DNA from: Crocinitomicaceae bacterium
GTDB lineage: Bacteria; Bacteroidota; Bacteroidia; Flavobacteriales_D; Crocinitomicaceae
Length of the DNA: 64,000 nucleotides
NCBI GenBank assembly: GCA_044361115.1
Contig: JBIKJH010000001.1
Span: 228,593-292,592, forward strand
Reading direction: 5' to 3'
The notes beneath the pieces are model-generated. The model was given only the letters and a program-made list of their open reading frames with translations, was not told the origin of the DNA and did not search any database. The position numbers and the translations under genes are program-made. This document shows, piece after piece, positions 39,405-47,790 of this stretch; the stretch's first letter is position 1, and every line of letters begins with the position of its first letter.

Positions 39405-41369
39405 ATGACCGCTCACGTTAAATTTAGAATGCTGCTTTTTACCCTTGCTCTAGCGTTCAGCCACACCACTTTTGCATTGCAAAATCCGTTTTTTAAAAAC
39501 ATTCCACAATTAACGGATCCCGAAGTTTATTTGAAACAAATTAAACACTTTGCCGAAACAGATGATTGTTTGATTCATACCAAGCATTTTATGAAAATTT
39601 ATGCGCGTAATGGGTTAAAACTTTTACCTCAGCATATTAATGAACTCCGCGCAATTAATAAATTATTAATTAGCAAATCGACTGAATATAGGGGCTATGC
39701 TATTTATTCGAATGCCTTATGTTTTTTCTCTGAAGGCAACTATCAGCAGGCTTTAACCATTTTAAATAAGGAACTAGTTAAACTTGGTAAAAAAGGAAAT
39801 CCAGAGCTTAAGTTTTATTTAGTAGGGTTGAAAGCATCGTGTTATTACTTTCTTGGAGACTTTGACCAATCAACTAAATTTTACTTGAAGGCCTTAAAAA
39901 CGTATAAGGTGGAGTATGATCGAAAGTATACCATTTATCAAAACATTGGATCTAATTTTTATGCTCTACGTTTGTCGGATAAAGCGCTTGAATACTATTT
40001 AAAAGCAGATGAACATTATAAGCATAAAAAAAATGATATACTGATGTTTATCACTTGGATCTATACAGATTTTCAGGATTTTAAAAATGCGGATAAGTAT
40101 GCTGGCTATTTAATAGCGAATCAATCAATGATGACGGATTTTGAATTAACAGCACTATACGAAACACTGGCTAAAATTGAACATATTAAACAAAATAACG
40201 TGAAAGCTTTAGAGCTGATGGATCAATCAATAGCTATCCTAAAAAATAACAATGTTTCTACTTTCGATTTGATAAATATAGATTATATATTAATCTCAAA
40301 GTTGGCTATTAAAGGTGAAATTTTAATGGATTTAAAGAAGTATAGCGCAGCCTTAGATGTTTTTAATGAAGGTTTGGCAATTGCTAAAAAAACCAATAGG
40401 ACAATAAGTGAAATTGAAATTTATCAAAATCTATACAATGTATCCAAATTATTAGGTCAAAATGACAAGGCTCTTTTTTATTTAGAGCGTTTTAATAAAT
40501 TAGAAGACGATCTACATAAAAAAGAACTTAAAAGTGAAATTGTCAAGCTTGAACGGGTGTACAATTTTGAAAAGAAAAATACGGATATAAAAATTCTGCA
40601 AAATGATAAAAAAATCAAGCAAATTGAAATTCAAAAATCCAAGCAGTATATACTTTTGTTAACTATCACAATCTTACTTGTTTCAATTGGTTTGTTCACA
40701 CTTTTCAAATTGAATATTGATAGCAAGAAAAAAAATGCGCTGAAGATAGATTTACTAGTAAAGAATACAGAATTACAGTTAGTGAAATCACAATTGATGG
40801 GACAAGAAATTGAAAAATCGCGCATTTCACAAGAATTACATGATGGGGTGGCAAATAATCTTTTATCCTTGATATATGCGAATGAAAATACGCTAAAAGA
40901 ACCTTTACGGGCAATTTATAACGAAATACGCATTATTTCCCATAACTTATCGACTGTTGCAATTCGGAACAATAGTTCATTAAAGGAAATAGTGCTGGAA
41001 CTATTTTATCGTATTTTTGACGAACAAGAAGTGACGCTTGACTTGATATGGGATAAAAAAAATGAAACATTTATGTGTGAAGAAGAGGTTAATTTAGTGC
41101 TTTATCGTGTTTTTCAAGAGTTGTTTATCAACATTGTAAAGCATGCTGAAGCAACCTCTGTGATTATTGAATTTCAAAAAGATGCACATGAGTTTACAAT
41201 CGTTATTGCAGATGATGGAAAGGGTCCTGATAAAAAAACGCAAGGAATTGGACTTAGCAATATTGAGGATCGAATTAAAACGATAACTGGTCGTTTTAGT
41301 ATTCTTTTTAACACCCAATACAAGCAAAAGACAATGGGTGCTGTTTCAAGTATTGTTATTCCTATTTAA
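39405..41369 (+). CDS. TPR-containing sensor histidine kinase (HisKA_3 / HATPase_c)
   Basis: Signal/TM segment, TPR-like helical repeats, TM helix ILLLTITILLVSIGLFTLF, H-box SRISQELHDGVANNL, and ATPase motifs ADDGKG..GIGLSNIEDR. Confidence 0.88.
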   Translation: MTAHVKFRMLLFTLALAFSHTTFALQNPFFKNIPQLTDPEVYLKQIKHFAETDDCLIHTKHFMKIYARNGLKLLPQHINELRAINKLLISKSTEYRGYAIYSNALCFFSEGNYQQALTILNKELVKLGKKGNPELKFYLVGLKASCYYFLGDFDQSTKFYLKALKTYKVEYDRKYTIYQNIGSNFYALRLSDKALEYYLKADEHYKHKKNDILMFITWIYTDFQDFKNADKYAGYLIANQSMMTDFELTALYETLAKIEHIKQNNVKALELMDQSIAILKNNNVSTFDLINIDYILISKLAIKGEILMDLKKYSAALDVFNEGLAIAKKTNRTISEIEIYQNLYNVSKLLGQNDKALFYLERFNKLEDDLHKKELKSEIVKLERVYNFEKKNTDIKILQNDKKIKQIEIQKSKQYILLLTITILLVSIGLFTLFKLNIDSKKKNALKIDLLVKNTELQLVKSQLMGQEIEKSRISQELHDGVANNLLSLIYANENTLKEPLRAIYNEIRIISHNLSTVAIRNNSSLKEIVLELFYRIFDEQEVTLDLIWDKKNETFMCEEEVNLVLYRVFQELFINIVKHAEATSVIIEFQKDAHEFTIVIADDGKGPDKKTQGIGLSNIEDRIKTITGRFSILFNTQYKQKTMGAVSSIVIPI

Positions 41370-41380
41370 TACTACAAGTG

Positions 41381-42049
41381 ATGTTAGATATACTTCTCGT
41401 AGATGATCATAAATTATTCCTCGAAGGAATCAAGGGTATTTTAATTCAAAATCCAAAAGTAAATAGCGTTACTATGTTGACCGAACCCAAAAAAGTATTG
41501 CCTTTTTTGATTTCGCATAAAACGGATGTTTTGTTTACCGACTTAAATATGCCTGATTTCGACGGAATTGACTTAATACAAAAAGTAAGAAATGAACATC
41601 CTAAAGTAAAAATTTGTGTTCTGACAATGTATTATAACTTTAATCTGTTGGCCTCACTAAAAAAGCACCATGTTGATGCTTATTTACATAAAAGTATGGA
41701 GGTTTCAGAGTTTGACGATGCACTGGAAGCCATTAACAGAAATGAACGTTATTATTCCTATGAACCTGCAAAAGTTAATCAAGCGTACGATCTTATTGTA
41801 AACAAGGAAAAAGAAGGCGAAAACATTAAAGACGATTTTATCCGAAAACACATGCTTTCACCACGCGAATTTGAGGTATTGAAATTAATTGTTGAAAATT
41901 ATTCCACAAAAGAAATTGCTGAGAAACTCTTCTTATCCGAACTAACAATATCAACGTATAGGAAATACATCATTAAAAAAACGGGATGTAAAACGGCCGT
42001 TGAATTGTATAAATATGCACTTGATGCCGGAATAATGAAACACGATTAG
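41381..42049 (+). CDS. NarL/FixJ (LuxR-type HTH) response regulator
   Basis: REC domain ILLVDDHKLF...DLNMPDFDG. C-terminal GerE HTH LSPREFEVLKLIVENYSTKEIAEKLFLSELTISTYRKYI. Confidence 0.9.
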   Translation: MLDILLVDDHKLFLEGIKGILIQNPKVNSVTMLTEPKKVLPFLISHKTDVLFTDLNMPDFDGIDLIQKVRNEHPKVKICVLTMYYNFNLLASLKKHHVDAYLHKSMEVSEFDDALEAINRNERYYSYEPAKVNQAYDLIVNKEKEGENIKDDFIRKHMLSPREFEVLKLIVENYSTKEIAEKLFLSELTISTYRKYIIKKTGCKTAVELYKYALDAGIMKHD

Positions 42050-42449
42050 CGTTTCAATCATTCGATTTCGCTATTTTTTTATTTAGATTTTCGACACAAA
42101 CAATGCCTGTAATTCTATTATAAGTAACATGTTAATTCTCCCTACTGGGATTGATATTTCTTCATACCTATCCTCTTGTTGACCAAGCAAAAAGTCATTT
42201 ACGCGAGTGCTACTATGACATACAAATTCAATCTTTATTCAATAATGCCATAAGGGTTAGTAAAATAAAATCTAAATCTATTGCGCTTTTTGCGTCGTTT
42301 GAACATGCAACTCAATATCTTTCAACAAGGCTTATTCACCGGAGCAAAATTCCGATAAAAGAAAAACCCAACAGTGAGAACTTACGTCTTACTGTTGAGT
42401 CTATCAATTGAAAAGAACAATTGTTCCTTGAATTCAGTTTAGTTGTCGG

Positions 42450-42558
42450 TTAAATGCAGCGTCTTTTCTGGTTTGTTGTACCTATTCCTACCTGTGCATG
42501 CCCCAATTCAGCGCAAATAATTATTAGAAGTGCTACTGAATTTTCCTTAAGCCGTCAC
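42450..42558 (-). pseudogene. orphan 5' fragment of a tail-fibre-like paralogue
   Basis: The reverse strand reads (V)TALKENSVALLIIICAELGHAQVGIGTTNQKRRCI*. Compare the P2 N-terminus ..LVCVGLANAQVGIGTTNPQTT. It lies directly 3' of P2. Confidence 0.6.
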
Positions 42559-42595
42559 AAAATTCAAATCAATCAACATTCGATTTAAAGGAGTT

Positions 42596-44119
42596 TTACT
42601 TTTGCTTCTCTTTCTTTAAATCTTCAATTTCTTTTCTCAAAGTCTCTATTTGAACTTGTTGATCCTGAATTGCCTTAACCAAAAGAGGTGTCAATTTTCC
42701 ATAATCAACCCCCCATGGGTTTTTAGTTTCATCTTCTCCACCCGCAGAAACTGCGTTAGGATAAATACCGTGGAGTTGTTGTGCCAAAAATCCAGTTTGT
42801 GGGTCTTCATGGTTTTTATCTGTTTTATAATAATAATCAGCCACTTTTATTTTCATCAAGTCATTAATACCATAAGCTGTTTCTTTGATGTTTTCTTTTA
42901 AACGAATATCAGAGGTTGTAGTGTAATTAACACCACCAAAAGCGATTGGATTAATTCTGCCTATAACTGAACCTCCTGCACTTTTAAACGAAATCAATTG
43001 ATTTGTAACACCATTAGTTGTTGAAGTAGTTTGAATACTCACAACTCCATCTAAATTTGTACCATTCCCAATTACATCCAAATCAGCGTTAGGAACGATA
43101 ACACCAATTCCGATATGTCCTTTTTCGTCCATTCTAAGTCCACTGATAGTTCCGGCTGATGACCATGGTGCAATAACTAATCCGTTAGTACTATTAGAAG
43201 CGTTATTATTGTCTGTACTAAAAATTATTCGTGCATCTCCAGCTTGCACAATGTCATTAAATGCGTTAACGGTAGATGATTTGGGTTCGAAAGATAGAAA
43301 TGAACCATTATTAGTTAAGCGCATTGCCGTGTTACCACTTGTAGTGATATCATCATTGGTAACTGATAATTTAAACAAGGGATTTGTTGTCCCAATACCC
43401 ACATTCCCATTGGCCAATATTCTCATTTTCTCTGTAGGTGCCGCACCAGAGCTTGTGGCAAATGCTAAATCATGATCATTATTTATAACGCCTGTATGGA
43501 TACCTTCTACATATGCACCTCGTGCTGCTCCAGAACCTAATATAATCCTTGCGCTATGACTTGTACCTCCAGTTGCACTCGTATTTCGTAATAATAAACC
43601 CGAAAAAACATTCGACCCATTGCTAGAGCCACTTATTTCCAAACTATTAGCGGGTGCTGTTGTACCGATACCAACTCTATTATTTGTGGCATCAATTACA
43701 AATGTACCAGCATCGAAATTCACAACATCGTCTACACCGACTGTTCTTCCTGTGCCAATCGTTCCATTTGTAGTATAGATATTTTCTTGTGCTGTACCAT
43801 TGACTAATTTTTGCCAAACGGTACCATCAAAATAAAAGTAGCCCGGTGATGTTACATTGATTGTTTTTGCAGATGCAGTTCCTACGGAAGCAGTAACATA
43901 AACAATGGCTCCGATTTCGTTTGAACTATACACAGCATCTTTCGCTTTCAGTTCATTTCCTGTTAAACGAGGAGCCATAACACCATCAGCTATTGTCGCA
44001 ACTCCAGGGTCCCCAACAACTTGTAACGTTGTCTGCGGATTTGTCGTTCCTATTCCTACCTGTGCATTCGCCAATCCGACACAAACTAAGGTAATTAATG
44101 TTGCTAGATTTTTTTTCAT
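42596..44119 (-). CDS. tail-fibre-like secreted protein with a C-terminal S74 intramolecular-chaperone domain (P2)
   Basis: N-terminal ~150 aa are near-collinear with P1 (TTLQVVGDPG, MAPRLTGNELKAKDAVY, FDGTVWQKLV, YTTNGT). Also SDIRLKENI...GFLAQQLHGIYPNAV and a terminal coiled coil. Confidence 0.85.
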   Translation of the reverse strand: MKKNLATLITLVCVGLANAQVGIGTTNPQTTLQVVGDPGVATIADGVMAPRLTGNELKAKDAVYSSNEIGAIVYVTASVGTASAKTINVTSPGYFYFDGTVWQKLVNGTAQENIYTTNGTIGTGRTVGVDDVVNFDAGTFVIDATNNRVGIGTTAPANSLEISGSSNGSNVFSGLLLRNTSATGGTSHSARIILGSGAARGAYVEGIHTGVINNDHDLAFATSSGAAPTEKMRILANGNVGIGTTNPLFKLSVTNDDITTSGNTAMRLTNNGSFLSFEPKSSTVNAFNDIVQAGDARIIFSTDNNNASNSTNGLVIAPWSSAGTISGLRMDEKGHIGIGVIVPNADLDVIGNGTNLDGVVSIQTTSTTNGVTNQLISFKSAGGSVIGRINPIAFGGVNYTTTSDIRLKENIKETAYGINDLMKIKVADYYYKTDKNHEDPQTGFLAQQLHGIYPNAVSAGGEDETKNPWGVDYGKLTPLLVKAIQDQQVQIETLRKEIEDLKKEKQK

Positions 44120-44160
44120 CCTATAAAATTTAAATTATCAACTAACGGTTGAGTCGTGTT

Positions 44161-45627
44161 TTACTCTATTTTCGAAATTTTGAAAGATTCAGAATGATTG
44201 TCATCAAATACGACGAGGTAATACAAGCCATTTGCGAATTCACTCATATCAATTGTTGTTTGAAATTGATCTTCCTGCAAGCTTATTTTTTCGATTGTTT
44301 GGCCATTTCCGTTGATTATTTGATAGCTAGAAATTGGGAATTCATTTGAAGCAAGGTTGAGTGCGTTGATTACTGGATTTGGAAAAACCTGAAAGACGTG
44401 TTCCTGGGCATCATCAATGCTGACTGAACGAATAGCTGAAAAGGTAAAATTTCCATCAAAATCTGTTTGTTTCAAGCGGTAATAACTTAAACCAGAATAC
44501 GGATCGATATCCTCACTTTCGTAGGCTCTTGTTCCTTGTGAAAAGCCAGCTCCATCAATCGTTGACACGAAATCCCAATCTTCACCATTTTGGGTGCGCT
44601 CTATGGTGAAATAGTCGTTGTTGATTTCGGAATACGTTTTCCATGTTAAATCCACTTTTCTTAACGCTTTATTGTAGACTGCATCGAAGTTCAACAGGGT
44701 AATTGGCAATGGATTGGCAGAGGTTGAGCTCGCTAAGGTAAAAGGGCTGAACGAAGTTACAGCGCTAGTTGTTTCAATTGTACCAGCAGTAGTATTTCCT
44801 GATGTTCCGCCATTGCCTAGATCCAACCACGTAGTTCCATCCCACTTTGCCACACGAAGGTCGTTAATGGCAGTTACACCACACGATGTATTTGAATCCC
44901 AAGATAAGTGCACCTTCACATTGGAAGAACCGTTGGTTCGATTCAACATCCAGTATTCACAACTCGAAATATGATCTAAAGTAAGGTCAAGTGAATTGTC
45001 GGCATAGGTTGGACCTGGATCTGCGTGGATATACGAACATTCAAACCGGTCTGTCGAATTGCTGGGTGCAGTTATAGAAACTTCTCGTACATACGTCCCA
45101 TCACCAACAGGAAATGTAAATGCCGTATTTCCAATTTTAGCAACCGTACCAACGATATGAGAATCATTGGAAGAATTGAAATGGGCTGCTGTATTGCGAA
45201 AAACCAGCTGATTATTGCCTGTTACAATATTTCCATTAACAAACGTAATTTCTTTAGAAACTTGTAAATCATTATTCGAAATCGGTGAAATTCCACTTGA
45301 AATGTTATTCATTTCAATATCGGAATAAAGCGAAAAAAAGCAATCGATTAGAATTCCGTTCGCATCGATTGTTTGTGTGTTTGTACCACGGAATTCGATT
45401 TCTCCATCTCCCGTCACACTTGAATTTGAATTGAACGAAATATTATCCGATTCAATGCGTAAAACACCATCATTATCCAACACACCTTGTTGATTAGTTA
45501 GTATATCAGTTTCTCCTATTGTTACAGTTGCGTTTGGCCCAATATACATGTCTGTGCCTAAGAAGAATTGCCCATTCGAAATGAATGTCATAAGCACAAG
45601 GCTTATAGTACTAAGTAACTTTTTCAT
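44161..45627 (-). CDS. secreted protein with a T9SS C-terminal sorting domain
   Basis: Signal peptide MKKLLSTISLVLMTFISNGQ. C-terminal VFPNPVINALNLAS...NGLYYLVVFDDNHSESFKISKIE. Confidence 0.8.
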   Translation of the reverse strand: MKKLLSTISLVLMTFISNGQFFLGTDMYIGPNATVTIGETDILTNQQGVLDNDGVLRIESDNISFNSNSSVTGDGEIEFRGTNTQTIDANGILIDCFFSLYSDIEMNNISSGISPISNNDLQVSKEITFVNGNIVTGNNQLVFRNTAAHFNSSNDSHIVGTVAKIGNTAFTFPVGDGTYVREVSITAPSNSTDRFECSYIHADPGPTYADNSLDLTLDHISSCEYWMLNRTNGSSNVKVHLSWDSNTSCGVTAINDLRVAKWDGTTWLDLGNGGTSGNTTAGTIETTSAVTSFSPFTLASSTSANPLPITLLNFDAVYNKALRKVDLTWKTYSEINNDYFTIERTQNGEDWDFVSTIDGAGFSQGTRAYESEDIDPYSGLSYYRLKQTDFDGNFTFSAIRSVSIDDAQEHVFQVFPNPVINALNLASNEFPISSYQIINGNGQTIEKISLQEDQFQTTIDMSEFANGLYYLVVFDDNHSESFKISKIE

Positions 45628-45655
45628 AATTGTTTTGATTTTAGATTAATAAGGC

Positions 45656-46819
45656 TTAATTCCCTAGATAAATAAAAGTGTTTACACTTAAGCTCTTTGG
45701 TGTAATGTCTAATGCGGTACCACTGCCTCCCAAAGGAACATTATGGGTATGACCTGGTAATGCACTGCCTGAAAAGGTGTGCGTATGATTTGGTTCTGCA
45801 TCTGTCGAAACTAAATTTCCAGATGCACCGTCCGAAAAAACACCAGGGGTTGGTCCACCTGTTACACCTGTCCTATACCTAATAAAAGCACTCAAATTAT
45901 GCGAATGCGCACCGCCGCCGCCGATAGTACCGCTTGGGGTACCTGCAGTAACTGAAGCTGCTGTTAAATTTATATTGGGTAAATTGGCTTGCGTGATTGT
46001 TTTACTGTTTGATCCACTTACACTTCCCAGCGCTGTTCCATTTTGAATTAAACAAGAGTTTGTTGCATCAGGCAAGTTTGTAACAATACCAAGCGCCGTA
46101 GCTCGGATTTGCTGATCTGCAGAAAGTGTAGACTTTACTCTACCGTCTAGCTTGACCCATCCGCCATGATCGACAGTTTGGATACCCGTTTTAATATCAC
46201 CATAGGTCATATTGGGAACATTTACCCAGTTTGGTGCACTTCCAGCACCGTTACTTACCAAGACCTGACCAGCAGTGCCAGCGGTATTATTTGGCATCAA
46301 TGCTCCCGAGAATTTAACATTTCCAGTAAGATCTAATTTTTCTGTTGGTGTAGATGTGCCGATACCAATTCGGTTATTTGTTCCATCAAGAAATAAGGTT
46401 CCGGCATCGAAATTCACGGTATTTGTTACATTGACCGTTCTTCCACTTCCAATTGTTCCGTTAGTCGTATAAATATTGTCAGTACTAGAACCTGTAACGA
46501 TTCGTTGCCAAACACTGCCATCGTAATAAAAATAGCCTGTCGAATTCACGTTCGTTGTTTTCGCAGAGGCAGAAGTAACTGCAGCAGAAACATAAACGAT
46601 TGTTCCCCTGTGATCTGACCCGTAAACAGCATCTTTCGCTTTCAGTTCGTTTCCTGTCAATGTGGGTGCAATCATTCCATCGGCGATTGTACTGTTTGTA
46701 GGCGCTCCTTTTACGTCTAAGGTTGTTGCTGGAGATGTTGTGCCAATCCCTACTTGTGAGAAGGCATTAAATTGTACACTGATTACTAGTGCTGCAATTG
46801 GTAAAAATTTTTTAAACAT
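45656..46819 (-). CDS. secreted protein with the shared N-terminal module and a phage tail-collar (MdpB-like) C-terminal domain (P3)
   Basis: N-terminal QVGIGTTSPATTL..LTGNELKAKDAVYGS..NIYTTNGTIGSGRTV..DGTNNRIGIGT. C-terminal GDIKTG...GWVKLDGR...LPD...HSH..HTHTF..GHTHNV...LSVNTFIYLGN. Confidence 0.8.
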   Translation of the reverse strand: MFKKFLPIAALVISVQFNAFSQVGIGTTSPATTLDVKGAPTNSTIADGMIAPTLTGNELKAKDAVYGSDHRGTIVYVSAAVTSASAKTTNVNSTGYFYYDGSVWQRIVTGSSTDNIYTTNGTIGSGRTVNVTNTVNFDAGTLFLDGTNNRIGIGTSTPTEKLDLTGNVKFSGALMPNNTAGTAGQVLVSNGAGSAPNWVNVPNMTYGDIKTGIQTVDHGGWVKLDGRVKSTLSADQQIRATALGIVTNLPDATNSCLIQNGTALGSVSGSNSKTITQANLPNINLTAASVTAGTPSGTIGGGGAHSHNLSAFIRYRTGVTGGPTPGVFSDGASGNLVSTDAEPNHTHTFSGSALPGHTHNVPLGGSGTALDITPKSLSVNTFIYLGN

Positions 46820-46910
46820 AATTAAAATTTGTAGTGTGGTTTTTAAAATAACCTGTTAATAAACAATTAATAATGAGAGCAAAATTATCAGGGTCTTACA
46901 ACTTCATATC

Positions 46911-46926
46911 TACCTACTGCTAGGTA
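46911..46926. promoter_or_regulatory. island 7-2-7 palindrome upstream of the P3-P5-P2 operon
   Basis: TACCTAC-TG-CTAGGTA, ~95 nt upstream of the ATG at 46819. It is near-perfectly symmetric. Confidence 0.55.
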
Positions 46927-47426
46927 TATTTTTAACAAATGCAAAAAAAGTTTTTGCCCAAAAATTTATCTAGGAAAGTAGTTCACTTTATTTTAGTGAA
47001 ATTGCATATGGATTTTGAAGTGTTAAGATGATACGTTATTTAATACATTGAGCGAAATAGCCAAACCAATTAAAATGTTGCACAAGCGCTACATAATTCT
47101 GTAATATGTTTTCTTCTTTTTTGAAGCATTTCAATGTCATAGGTTCGTTTAAAAGAGGAATAAATGGAAAAAAAGAGAATCCATTTGAATATTTTCAATG
47201 ACAACTTTTGAATTTAAGTCGTTGCAACATAAAGTAACATCGCCAATTGGCAAAAACACCAATTGATCGATCAGCAAGTTGCATCCCATTTTAAATCGTT
47301 TTTGAATCAATTTTGTTCCTTCATTTACCTTACCATTTTTGAGGTTGGATTCTAGGATTGATGAAATCACCTTGCTGCATAAAACCTAAGTGTAGGATAG
47401 TTAACTCATTCCATTTTGACATGGTA

Positions 47427-47547
47427 AAATAAAAAAGCCCACCTTTTACTCGAGGTGGGCTCCAAAGTAATCTTAATTACTTGTACCTAACTTTACTAAC
47501 CACTACACTAGCATACAATTTTAAGGACTCTCAACAATAAACTATTA
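47427..47547 (-). ncRNA. candidate small RNA, unit B
   Basis: Downstream (minus strand) of the palindrome at 47548-47563. It has no meaningful ORF and ends in agcccacc-N10-ggtgggct followed by TTTTTTATTTT on the minus strand (47427-47461). Confidence 0.45.
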
Positions 47548-47563
47548 TACCTATTAGTAGGTT
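47548..47563. promoter_or_regulatory. island 7-2-7 palindrome heading unit B
   Basis: TACCTAT-TA-GTAGGTT. Confidence 0.5.
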
Positions 47564-47731
47564 ATTATTAATTTAATCGCGTCATTTTTGCTTCTCGGAG
47601 AAAGAGGCAAACAAACCTAAAAATGACGAAACTCCAGTTTTAATAAACCCTGCAGGATCTTTTTTTTGTCTACAATAGGTTGTTTTTTTGAAATGTGATG
47701 CATGGATCATTCGGTTAAGATTTATGCAATT

Positions 47732-47747
47732 TACCTACCAATGGGTA
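47732..47747. promoter_or_regulatory. island 7-2-7 palindrome upstream of the S8 protease
   Basis: TACCTAC-CA-ATGGGTA, ending 44 nt before the ATG at 47791. The right half is exactly AKRRGTA. Confidence 0.55.
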
Positions 47748-47790
47748 TAGTTGTTGTGAGCTGATAGCCATCAACTTTGCGCAAAAAAAC

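Noticed and set aside
42151-42411. 86-aa ORF downstream of the response regulator
   Set aside because: It has a non-ATG start, no recognisable features, and sits in a region carrying gene debris. The support is not enough to call it a gene.
35230-46819. Prophage or tailocin, suggested by the tail-fibre, tail-collar and S74-chaperone domains
   Set aside because: No capsid, portal, terminase, sheath, tube, baseplate, holin or repressor genes occur anywhere in the island. The fibre-like proteins have Sec-type signal peptides, which fits cellular surface proteins rather than virion parts.
47149-47370. 73-aa minus-strand ORF between unit B and the P3 promoter
   Set aside because: It shows faint resemblance to a cNMP-binding/cupin strand pattern, but it is short and isolated. 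It could be another gene fragment. I leave it uncalled.
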